A stretch of 20,000 bases of DNA from Clostridiaceae bacterium. GTDB taxonomy: Bacteria > Bacillota > Clostridia > CAYPLH01 > DUMO01. The stretch spans positions 53,252 to 73,251 of the forward strand of contig DUMO01000072.1 of assembly GCA_012839865.1 (NCBI GenBank), written 5' to 3'. The notes beneath the pieces are model-generated. The model had not been told where the DNA came from. It worked only from the letters and a program-made list of their open reading frames with translations, and searched no databases. Positions 1 through 7,806 of the stretch are shown here, piece by piece. Within the stretch, counting starts at the first letter, position 1; every line of letters starts with the position of its first letter. A program made the position numbers and the translations under genes.

Positions 1-18
1 ATGGCGGAATTTTTTCAT
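1..18 (-). CDS. 5' end of an unidentified gene running off the left edge (MKKFRH...)
   Basis: Minus-strand ATG at 18-16 with RBS GAGGTG (plus-strand CACCTC, 24-29) 5 nt upstream; the frame is open to the window edge. Only 6 codons are visible. Confidence 0.55.
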
Positions 19-37
19 AGCAACACCTCAATATTAA

Positions 38-52
38 AGACCTGACAGGTCT
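38..52. repeat. 15-bp palindrome AGACCTG-A-CAGGTCT, with an extra half-site TCAGGTC at 62-68
   Basis: Read directly from the sequence; lies about 20 bp upstream of the minus-strand start at 18. Confidence 0.6.
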
Positions 53-246
53 GGATATTTTTCAGGTCATTTTTTTTATTTCAATAAAAATCCGGTAAAA
101 AAAGCTGTACGCCTTACACTCTCCCGTGTTCAAGGCAAACAGCGAAAAGAGAATTGCAAGAACCCCGGACAGATTTGCTACCCCTAAGATATAATACCTT
201 TTATTTTATGCAATTGCAATATAACAGAGACCAGCGCGAGGACACC

Positions 247-509
247 GGGACAGGGGACGGTTAATGTGAAAGAGTGTCATGGGGACTTCTTCTGACACAC
301 TTTTGTATCATGAGGATGGTTAATGTGAAAACAGATTACTTCTCTGCGGATTGTTATCATGAATGCATCTGTGTCAGGTAAATGTCATGGATGTTCTGTG
401 TCTCGATAACCAGGAGGGATAGTTCTTCTGCTCTCCCTGGGCATGCGACAGGTGACTGCGAGACACAGAACCGTCCCCTGTCTTGTTTCACAGGAACTGC
501 CCCTGGTCA
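247..509. repeat. Degenerate cluster of REP-like palindromic repeats (core GACAGGGGACGGTTC)
   Basis: Perfect 14-bp inverted pair GACAGGGGACGGTT (249-262) / AACCGTCCCCTGTC (469-482). A 12-bp inverted pair GTTCTGTGTCTC (393-404) / GAGACACAGAAC (460-471). Local hairpin GTGTCA-TGGGGACTTCTTC-TGACAC (274-298). Direct repeat GGA(C/T)GGTTAATGTGAAA near 255 and 314. Confidence 0.7.
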
Positions 510-514
510 CTGCA

Positions 515-543
515 TTGATTAAACAAATTTGTTGGCATATAAT
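515..543 (+). promoter_or_regulatory. Sigma-A-type promoter of the dehydrogenase gene, with a palindromic operator candidate in the spacer
   Basis: TTGATT (515-520)-N17-TATAAT (538-543); perfect palindrome AACAAATTTGTT at 522-533. Confidence 0.7.
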
Positions 544-584
544 TAGAGCATGCAGATCTGAACTTGAATCAGAGGGGGATTGAA

Positions 585-1946
585 ATGAGTTTTAATATCG
601 TATATAAGGAAAACAAGCTGATACTTCCTGAATTTGACTGTGACTGCGGTATGAATCACAATACACCGGAAATGGACATTTATATTGGCAGCGGAATTAT
701 TGAAAATTGTGCCGAGTACATAAAGAAGAGTATTGCCGGGAAGAATGCGCTGGTTGTGGCGGATAACAATACATGGGAAGTTGCAGGTTCCAAAGTTGTC
801 AAAATATTATCCGATGCCGGGTTTCACATGGTTAACTGCATTCTGAAAAGGGAAGGCAAGCTTGAGCCTGACCAGACGGCCCTGGGAGAAATCATGCTGG
901 CTGTTGAGCCTGATACCGAATTCATCGTGGCCGTGGGCTCCGGGGTTATAAACGACCTTTCAAGGTATGCAGCCTATTGCATAGGAAAACCGCTGGTAAG
1001 CATAGGCACCGCTCCCTCCATGGATGGATACACTTCCGTGATTTCTTCGCTTCACAACAAAAACCTGGTGATGACAAAGCACGATAAATATGCAAGAGTG
1101 CTTGTCTGCGATGTGGATATAATGAGAAATGCGCCTTACGACATGATGATTTCAGGGTTTGGTGATGTTTTGGGGAAATTCATATCAAAAGCAGACTGGA
1201 CACTGGGGAAAATAGTCAATAATGAAGTTTGCTGCCCTGTTTGTCTTGAAATTTTAACCCTGGCCCTGAATAAGTGCATCAACAATATAGACGGCATCAG
1301 AAACAGGACAAGGGAGGGTGTCCAAAGCCTGATTGAGGCTTTGATTCTCACGGGGCTCACAATATTAATATGCGGGCAGACGCGGCCTGTAGCATCCATT
1401 GAGCATAACATGGCCCATTTTTGGGACATGATGAAGCTTCAGGACGGTGAGGAATCACCTGCCCACGGGACTTCTGTAGGTGTGGGAACGGTATATGCCG
1501 CCAGGTTTTTTGACCTGTTCTTTAAGATTGATACAAGCAGCCTGAACAAATCCGAGATAAGAAAGAGAAAGAAAACAAAAGAGCAGTGGGAAAAAGAGGT
1601 CTTGGAATGTTACGGAGAAGTTTTGGGACCGTCAATATTGAAGAACAATCCTGATGAATACATAGATTGGGACGAGCAGGAAAGGCGAATTGACACGGTT
1701 ATTTCCAACATGGACCGAATTAAAAAGGAACTGAGCTTTCTTCCGACAGGAAGCAGAATGATTGAGATAATGAATCAAATAGGAGCTCCTGTAAAAGCCG
1801 GACAATTGGACATTGACAGGAAACTGCTGAAAGATGCTTTAATGTATGGGAAAGATTACAGGTCACGTTATACGGTATTTAAAACTGCAAATGAGTTGGG
1901 ACTTCTTGAGGAATTTGTGGACAAGCTGCTGGAGGAGGATGAATAA
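585..1946 (+). CDS. egsA: sn-glycerol-1-phosphate dehydrogenase family (bacterial AraM/EgsA-like, metal-dependent, DHQ-synthase/Fe-ADH superfamily)
   Basis: Motifs GSGVINDL, TAPSMDGYTS, GFGDVLGK (metal Asp), EHNMAH and HGTSVG (metal His), plus N-terminal CxCGxxH. Start moved from the track's TTG 564 to ATG 585 (RBS AGAGGGGG 571-578). The symbol is family-level only. Confidence 0.85.
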   Translation: MSFNIVYKENKLILPEFDCDCGMNHNTPEMDIYIGSGIIENCAEYIKKSIAGKNALVVADNNTWEVAGSKVVKILSDAGFHMVNCILKREGKLEPDQTALGEIMLAVEPDTEFIVAVGSGVINDLSRYAAYCIGKPLVSIGTAPSMDGYTSVISSLHNKNLVMTKHDKYARVLVCDVDIMRNAPYDMMISGFGDVLGKFISKADWTLGKIVNNEVCCPVCLEILTLALNKCINNIDGIRNRTREGVQSLIEALILTGLTILICGQTRPVASIEHNMAHFWDMMKLQDGEESPAHGTSVGVGTVYAARFFDLFFKIDTSSLNKSEIRKRKKTKEQWEKEVLECYGEVLGPSILKNNPDEYIDWDEQERRIDTVISNMDRIKKELSFLPTGSRMIEIMNQIGAPVKAGQLDIDRKLLKDALMYGKDYRSRYTVFKTANELGLLEEFVDKLLEEDE

Positions 1947-2096
1947 AGAACCAAAGAAATCGCAGTTTTGGGTAGTTGCGGTTTTCAGCAGATACCGGAG
2001 GGGTATAAGATTCTGCGGCATTGCCCTGGATTAGCCGGGAATGGTTATTTTTGATTTAAAGATGCCATTGAAGTATCAAATGGAGGTTTAAATGTA

Positions 2097-2888
2097 ATGG
2101 GGAAAGATACAGCTGTTTTAAAGAAAAAGAAATTGTTTGTGCTCGATATGGACGGAACCTTCTACCTTGGAAGCAATATAATCGACGGGTCCTTAAGATT
2201 TATCGGAAAGTTGAGGGAATACAAGAAAGATTTTTTATTTTATACCAACAACTCATCGAGGGATTCGGAATTCTATTTGAAGAAACTTGGGGGAATGGGA
2301 CTGGACCTTGAAGGGGTGAGGGTTGTAACCTCCGGAGACATAACTGTCGACTACCTGCAGAAGCACTTTCGCAAAAAGCAGGTTTACCTTGTTGGAACGG
2401 AATTTCTTGAGCGAAACTTCAGAAGAGCCGGCATTGAGCTGGCACAGCACAGGGCTGACGTTGTGGTGATGGGTTTTGATACCACGCTGACATATGAAAA
2501 AATATCAAAAGCCTGTAAGTTTATCAGGGAAGGAGCGGTTTTTTTAGCGACAAACCCGGATTTGAACTGTCCCATTGAGCATGGCTTTATTCCCGACTGC
2601 GGTTCCATGTGCCGCATGATTACGGCTTCCACCGGTGTTGAGCCGAAATACCTTGGGAAACCCTATAAGGAAACCATTGAAGGAATAAAGAACATTACAG
2701 GTTGTGACAATGATGACATGGTATTTATAGGGGACAGGCTGTATACCGACATTGCCATAGGTGCGCAAAACGGTATAACAAGTATTCTTGTGCTGACAGG
2801 TGAAGCAACATTAAAGGATCTTGAAGAGTCGCCGGTACAGCCTGATTTTGTTTTTGATTCCCTCGCTCATATAATTGAGTATTTATAA
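2097..2888 (+). CDS. HAD-superfamily subfamily IIA hydrolase (NagD/AraL-like phosphatase)
   Basis: Motif I DMDGTFY, TNNS, ATNPD, GKP, motif IV GDRLYTDI, LVLTGE; RBS GGAGG at 2082-2086. Confidence 0.92.
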   Translation: MGKDTAVLKKKKLFVLDMDGTFYLGSNIIDGSLRFIGKLREYKKDFLFYTNNSSRDSEFYLKKLGGMGLDLEGVRVVTSGDITVDYLQKHFRKKQVYLVGTEFLERNFRRAGIELAQHRADVVVMGFDTTLTYEKISKACKFIREGAVFLATNPDLNCPIEHGFIPDCGSMCRMITASTGVEPKYLGKPYKETIEGIKNITGCDNDDMVFIGDRLYTDIAIGAQNGITSILVLTGEATLKDLEESPVQPDFVFDSLAHIIEYL

Positions 2889-3060
2889 ATATAAATGCAA
2901 AAGCGGGTGGGAAAACAGGAAAAAAGTTGTGTATCAACTTATTTTTAAGCTTTGAATCAAATTGATATATGTTAAAACAGACAGTCATAGATATTACATG
3001 AAATAATTCGATTTGGAATAATTCAGCGGTACAGTATATAGCCAAAGTCCAAATCAGGTT

Positions 3061-3118
3061 TAAAACGTCCCAAACTAATTAAATCCGACGTTTTATTTGC
3101 AATCGGTTCTGCTATAAT
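3061..3118 (+). promoter_or_regulatory. Extended -10 promoter candidate with an upstream 9-bp inverted repeat
   Basis: TGcTATAAT at 3110-3118; TAAAACGTC (3061-3069)-N17-GACGTTTTA (3087-3095) overlaps the expected -35 position. Confidence 0.5.
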
Positions 3119-3194
3119 AAAATCAAAATTTAAGGAAAACCAAATCAGGTGGTATTATAGCAAACAAATAAAAAATTAAAGTAATTGGATGTAT

Positions 3195-3268
3195 CCGAGT
3201 AGTATTAATAGGTCTGGTAATTTGCATAAAAGGAGTTGACACCTTTAATACAACTCGGTTTTATTTTT
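3195..3268 (+). terminator. Long leader hairpin with U-tract (terminator/attenuator candidate) upstream of the ATP-grasp gene
   Basis: CCGAGTAGTATTAA (3195-3208) pairs with TTAATACAACTCGG (3245-3258) at 13 of 14 positions, extended by AGGT/ACCT (3210-3213/3241-3244); followed by TTTTATTTTT (3259-3268). Confidence 0.6.
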
Positions 3269-3308
3269 GGCAAAAATAATATTTATATAAGAAAGTTTGG
3301 TGTTAATA

Positions 3309-4328
3309 ATGGAAAGTGATGCTGTTCCGCTGTATGTTGTAGGTTTGACTTACAACTTGAAAAAAGGCATTGCCTCCGAGGTTGAAGACCTTGAAGCAGA
3401 GTATGATGATATAAGCACAGTACATGCAATAAGAGATTCTCTTAAAAAAGCCGGTTTAAAAGTTGAATTGATTGAAGCTGATGAAAATATTTTTTACAGG
3501 CTTCAGGATGCAAAACCGGACATTGTGTTCAATATTGCCGAAGGCCTCCGTGGGAGAGGAAGAGAAGCACAGATACCCGCTATTTTGACCCACTGTGGCA
3601 TACCTTTCACAGGCTCCGACGAAACAACTCTGTGTATTGCTCTGGACAAAGCATTAACTAAAAGATTGCTCGCAAGTTACAGAATCAAGACACCCAGGTA
3701 TAAAGTCATTGACGGTGTCAATACAGGCTCAATTCGAAATTTCAATTTCCCGCTTATTGTAAAACCGAATGCTGAAGGCTCAAGTAAAGGAATTTCCGAA
3801 CACGCTATAGTGAAAAACCCGGAAGAATTAAAAAGGCAGGTTCGTATGGAATATGAAGCATACGGACAGCAGCTTCTGGTTGAGGAATTTATCCGTGGGC
3901 GGGAGTTTACGGTAGGAATCATTGGAAACGGTAGCGAGACAAGAGTGCTGCCCCCCATGGAAATTGTATATAACGATAAAAATTCAAAAAACAACATATA
4001 CAGCTACAATGTCAAGAAAAACTATGAGAAATACGTTACCTATGTTTGTCCTCCGGACCTTGATAAAAAGCTGTTGGACAAAATTGAGCGGACTTCAGGA
4101 AAAATATATGAAGTACTTCAATGCAAGGATTTTTCAAGAATTGACTTTAGGATGGATGAAAAAGGAGAATTATATTTTATTGAAATCAACCCTCTTCCCG
4201 GGCTTGCGCCAGGGTACAGCGATTATCCCATGCTGGCAGGATTCAGCGGCATAGGCTATAACGAATTGATTTTAATGATATTAAACAGCGCACTGAAAAG
4301 ATACGGCATGAAAACCGTCAATGTGTAG
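3309..4328 (+). CDS. ATP-grasp ligase, D-Ala-D-Ala ligase-like but divergent
   Basis: GIPFTGSD..IALDKALTK, VKPNAEGSSKGI, LVEEFIRGREFTVG, RIDFR, FIEINPLPGL. Lacks the canonical Ddl GGxSxE and LHGxxGEDG motifs. ATG 3309 preferred over the track's TTG 3297. Confidence 0.85.
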   Translation: MESDAVPLYVVGLTYNLKKGIASEVEDLEAEYDDISTVHAIRDSLKKAGLKVELIEADENIFYRLQDAKPDIVFNIAEGLRGRGREAQIPAILTHCGIPFTGSDETTLCIALDKALTKRLLASYRIKTPRYKVIDGVNTGSIRNFNFPLIVKPNAEGSSKGISEHAIVKNPEELKRQVRMEYEAYGQQLLVEEFIRGREFTVGIIGNGSETRVLPPMEIVYNDKNSKNNIYSYNVKKNYEKYVTYVCPPDLDKKLLDKIERTSGKIYEVLQCKDFSRIDFRMDEKGELYFIEINPLPGLAPGYSDYPMLAGFSGIGYNELILMILNSALKRYGMKTVNV

Positions 4329-4340
4329 GAGGTGACGGTA

Positions 4341-5525
4341 ATGAGGGATTATAAGTCAATCGCTGTCTGGAAAGATGTGACGGAGGAGCAATGGAATGAC
4401 TGGAGATGGCAGATAAAAAACAGGATTACAACAACTGAAGCACTGTCGGAAATCATTGACCTCAACCCGTTGGAAAAACAGGCAATTGATATTTGCCTGA
4501 AAAGCTACAGAATGGCAATTACACCTTACTATGCGACGCTGATGGATCCTTTGAATCCTGATTGTCCTGTGAGAATGCAAAGCATACCCTCTATAAAGGA
4601 ATTGGCCTATCAGGCCTGTGAAATGAGTGATTCTTTGGGAGAAGAGCGTTATTCCCCCGTAAAGAACCTGGTTCACAGGTATCCTGACAGGGTGCTGTTT
4701 TTGATAACCCACAAATGCTCAATGTATTGCAGGCATTGCACAAGGAAGCGGCTTGTGGGGGAGGAGGACTTCTCCATAACCGGAAAGGAACTTGAAATTG
4801 CCCTGGATTATATAAGGAAACACACGGAAATCAGAGATGTACTTCTTTCCGGGGGCGATCCCTTTGTGATGTCCGACCAATACCTGGAGAATATTATTTC
4901 AAAGGTCAGGGAGATTCCCCATGTGGAGATAATCCGAATAGGCACCAGAACTCCTGTGGTTCTTCCCATGAGAATTACAGACAGCCTTTTGAACATGCTG
5001 AAAAAGTATCATCCTGTTTGGATAAACACGCATTTCAACCACCCGGTTGAGGTTACGAAGGATTCTGTACTGGCCTGTGAGAAAATAGCCGATGCAGGCA
5101 TCCCTCTGGGGAACCAAAGTGTGCTTTTGAGAGGGGTCAACGATAACCCGGATACATTGAAAGAACTGTATCACAAGCTTGTGAAAGCAAGGTGCAGGCC
5201 ATACTACCTGTATCAATGCGACCTTGTAAAAGGCCTTGGACACTTCAGGACACCGGTTGAAACGGGAATAAATATAATACATGCTCTCCGGGGATACACA
5301 TCAGGGTTTGCAGTGCCCCAATTTGTTATAGATGCTCCCGGGGGAGGAGGCAAAATACCCATTAACCCAGATTATGTTATTTCCATGACTGAAGGTAATG
5401 TCATAATGCGAAACTATAAAGACGAGATTTATGTTTATCCAAATGTACCAAGGGAAGCAGTTCCTGCCGCTGTTCAGACAAATCATGAAGTTGTGGGAAT
5501 AAAGAAGGCAAACATACCGTCGTAA
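4341..5525 (+). CDS. kamA: KamA-family radical SAM/PLP enzyme, lysine 2,3-aminomutase type
   Basis: N-terminal WNDWRWQ, LVHRYPDRVL, CSMYCRHC (CxxxCxxC), SGGDP, YQCDL, VIDAPGGGGK (PLP lysine). RBS AGGAGGTG (4327-4334) overlaps the upstream stop; ATG 4341 lies 6 nt downstream. Confidence 0.93.
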   Translation: MRDYKSIAVWKDVTEEQWNDWRWQIKNRITTTEALSEIIDLNPLEKQAIDICLKSYRMAITPYYATLMDPLNPDCPVRMQSIPSIKELAYQACEMSDSLGEERYSPVKNLVHRYPDRVLFLITHKCSMYCRHCTRKRLVGEEDFSITGKELEIALDYIRKHTEIRDVLLSGGDPFVMSDQYLENIISKVREIPHVEIIRIGTRTPVVLPMRITDSLLNMLKKYHPVWINTHFNHPVEVTKDSVLACEKIADAGIPLGNQSVLLRGVNDNPDTLKELYHKLVKARCRPYYLYQCDLVKGLGHFRTPVETGINIIHALRGYTSGFAVPQFVIDAPGGGGKIPINPDYVISMTEGNVIMRNYKDEIYVYPNVPREAVPAAVQTNHEVVGIKKANIPS

Positions 5526-5630
5526 AGAATGCTCTTTCCGGAAGAAAATGTTCTTTTCAGGGAACTTGCAAAGAAATTGAAGGGGCTGCCAAAAGGTTTT
5601 TTTACCTGAGGGCCACTTCTCAATTGATAA

Positions 5631-5672
5631 TAAAAAGATGGCTGTTATCCGTTCAGGATGGCAACCATCTTT
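5631..5672 (-). terminator. Intrinsic terminator between the convergent kamA and ABC operons (best U-tract on the minus strand, possibly bidirectional)
   Basis: AAAGATGG-CTGTTATCC-GTTCA-GGATGGCAA-CCATCTTT hairpin (5634-5672); the A-run at 5632-5636 gives a U-tract on the minus strand. Confidence 0.75.
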
Positions 5673-5747
5673 GTCATATTGTGCTATGCATGTCTTTTAC
5701 CTTTTCCGGTCTTGAGAGGAGAAACTGACTAAAGCTCCTTTTATTAT

Positions 5748-7631
5748 TTAAGCGATTTCATTCATTATGGTGTCAATATCTTCTCCATCATACTGGAGTT
5801 TGTACAGGTTGTAATAAAGACCTTTTTTCTCAAGCAATTCCTGGTGGGAACCGGATTCCCGTATGGTTCCCTTGTGAATTACCAGTATTTTGTCCGCCTT
5901 CTGTATGGTTGACAAACGATGGGCAATGGCTATGCTGGTTCTCCCGCTCAATAGCTTGACCAGGGCTTTTTGAATCAGTATTTCGGTTTCGGTATCTATG
6001 TTGGATGTTGCTTCATCCAGTACCAATATGGCAGGGTCAAATACAAGAGCTCTGGCAAAGGAAAGAAGTTGCCTTTGTCCTGCCGACAGGGTGGTTCCTT
6101 TTTCATTGACCGGGTGTTTGTAGCCTTCGGGGAACCTGCTGATAAAGTAGTCTGCATTCACATACTCTGCAGCCTTTTTAACCTTATCAAAAGTTATACC
6201 TTCTTCAAATAGTTTTATATTGGTTTCAATGTCTCCAGAAAAGAGGAATACATCCTGGAGTACAAGGCCGATGTTTTTTCTCAGGGCAGTCTTCTTGATT
6301 TTTTTCAAATTGATTCCGTCTATGAAAATATCGCCCTTCTGTATTTCATAAAAACCGCAAATCAGATTGATTATACTGGTTTTTCCGGCACCGGTGGCAC
6401 CTACGAAAGCGGCGGTTTCACCAGGGTTGATTTTAAAGGAGACATCCTTCAATACCCAGTTTTCACCGACATAAGCAAACCAGACATTCTTAAACTCGAT
6501 TTCGCCCCTGATTTCCTTAAGCTCAATTGTATCGTCGTCCTCAGGCTCAGGTTCGGGTTTTTCTTCCAGAAGGTCAAATATGCGTTCCGCTGAAACCATG
6601 GAGCTTTGCATTGTGTTATAGATTTCAGTCAGGTTCATAATTGGTTGGAAAAATTGATTTATATAATTGGTAAAGGCGTAAAGGGTCCCAAATTCCAGGA
6701 TTCCGGAAATTATGTCCCGGCCTCCGAACCAGAGTATTAACGCAATGGCAAGGGAGTTGACTACATCCATAAAGGGCCTGAACAGGCCGTGGAGTATAAT
6801 TCGTTTGCGGTTTGAGTCATAATACTCTTTGTTTGTTTTTTCAAACTCGTCGCATTTTTTATCCTGCATGTTGAATACCTGAATCAATTTCATGCCGGAC
6901 ACATGCTCTGCAAGGAAAGCATTCAGGTTTGCCAGGCGTGCCCTGATTTCCTGAAATATCTCCCTGGCTTTTTTCCTGAACATATATGTAGCCAGTGTCA
7001 TGACCGGAAGCACCAAAAAACTAATTATCGTGAGCCGGACACTCAAGCTGAGCATGATGGCAACCACACCAATCATGACAAATATATCCTGCATCAGGCT
7101 TACAATCACGTTGGTAAACATCTCGTTCAGGGAATCGGTATCATTGGTTACCCTTGTGACAATTTTTCCTACAGGGTTTTTGTCAAAATAGGAGACCGGC
7201 AGTTTTTGAATATGCCTGAATATCCTGTCTCTCAAGTTCATGACTATTTTCTTGCCTGCAAGATTTAAAATGTAAGTATGAAGATAACTGAAAGCAAACT
7301 CCATGACTACCAGACCGAAAAAAAGCACCCCAAGGGTATAAAGTCCTTTTCGGGCTGAGTCCGTGGGTAATTCCCCTGAAAGGCCTTTACTCATATATTC
7401 GTCTATTGCAATTTTTGTTATATATGGTCTTGCAAGTCTTGAAGAGGAAACTGCAAGTATAAGAATCAATGCTGCAAGGAATAAATGCAAGTATGGTTTG
7501 GCAAATCGGCTCATTTTTTTGATAAGTTTAAAATCATATATTTTGCCATCCACTCTTTCGTCTTCCGACAGGCCGCCTCTGGCACCTCCGGCTCCATGCA
7601 TCATTCCTCCGAATCCTAAACCTCCGGCCAT
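5748..7631 (-). CDS. ABC exporter half-transporter (TMD+NBD), MdlB/TM288-like subunit of a heterodimer
   Basis: Six-TM N-terminal domain; Walker A GATGAGKT, signature LSAGQRQ, Walker B ILVLDEAT, H-loop IAHR; RBS GGGAGG. Confidence 0.95.
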   Translation of the reverse strand: MAGGLGFGGMMHGAGGARGGLSEDERVDGKIYDFKLIKKMSRFAKPYLHLFLAALILILAVSSSRLARPYITKIAIDEYMSKGLSGELPTDSARKGLYTLGVLFFGLVVMEFAFSYLHTYILNLAGKKIVMNLRDRIFRHIQKLPVSYFDKNPVGKIVTRVTNDTDSLNEMFTNVIVSLMQDIFVMIGVVAIMLSLSVRLTIISFLVLPVMTLATYMFRKKAREIFQEIRARLANLNAFLAEHVSGMKLIQVFNMQDKKCDEFEKTNKEYYDSNRKRIILHGLFRPFMDVVNSLAIALILWFGGRDIISGILEFGTLYAFTNYINQFFQPIMNLTEIYNTMQSSMVSAERIFDLLEEKPEPEPEDDDTIELKEIRGEIEFKNVWFAYVGENWVLKDVSFKINPGETAAFVGATGAGKTSIINLICGFYEIQKGDIFIDGINLKKIKKTALRKNIGLVLQDVFLFSGDIETNIKLFEEGITFDKVKKAAEYVNADYFISRFPEGYKHPVNEKGTTLSAGQRQLLSFARALVFDPAILVLDEATSNIDTETEILIQKALVKLLSGRTSIAIAHRLSTIQKADKILVIHKGTIRESGSHQELLEKKGLYYNLYKLQYDGEDIDTIMNEIA

Positions 7632-7806
7632 GTATAATCCTCCCTGTTATTTTATAATTTCCGTTTTTTATTGTGTCTCTATTTGCTTCAGAAATAGTAC
7701 TTTTCTTTGTTTTTGGAGAGGTTCTCCAACATCTAACGGATTTACATATTTTTAAATATTTTTCTCATTGGATATTTTAAGCGGTTATCCATAAAACGCT
7801 CTTTCA

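Noticed and set aside
247..509. CRISPR array
   Set aside because: Units are degenerate, occur in both orientations, vary in length and lack regular unique spacers; no cas genes are present.
1939..2034. 31-aa ORF (MNKEPKKS...) overlapping the end of the dehydrogenase; part of track ORF 1846..2034
   Set aside because: The GGAGG comes from the upstream Glu-Glu codons and is too close to the ATG; the peptide has no recognisable features.
3120..3300. Lysine (L-box) or SAM-I riboswitch upstream of the ligase-kamA operon
   Set aside because: No recognisable consensus elements of either class; reported only as an unclassified attenuator candidate.
3309..4328. Annotation as housekeeping ddl or a Van-type resistance ligase
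   Set aside because: The D-Ala-binding motifs are missing and no van or mur genes are nearby.
4341..5525. Glutamate 2,3-aminomutase or EpmB
   Set aside because: Both lysine-type Asp residues are retained, and neither epmA nor efp is adjacent.
7785..7793. DnaA-box-like TTATCCATA
   Set aside because: A single one-mismatch copy with no oriC context.
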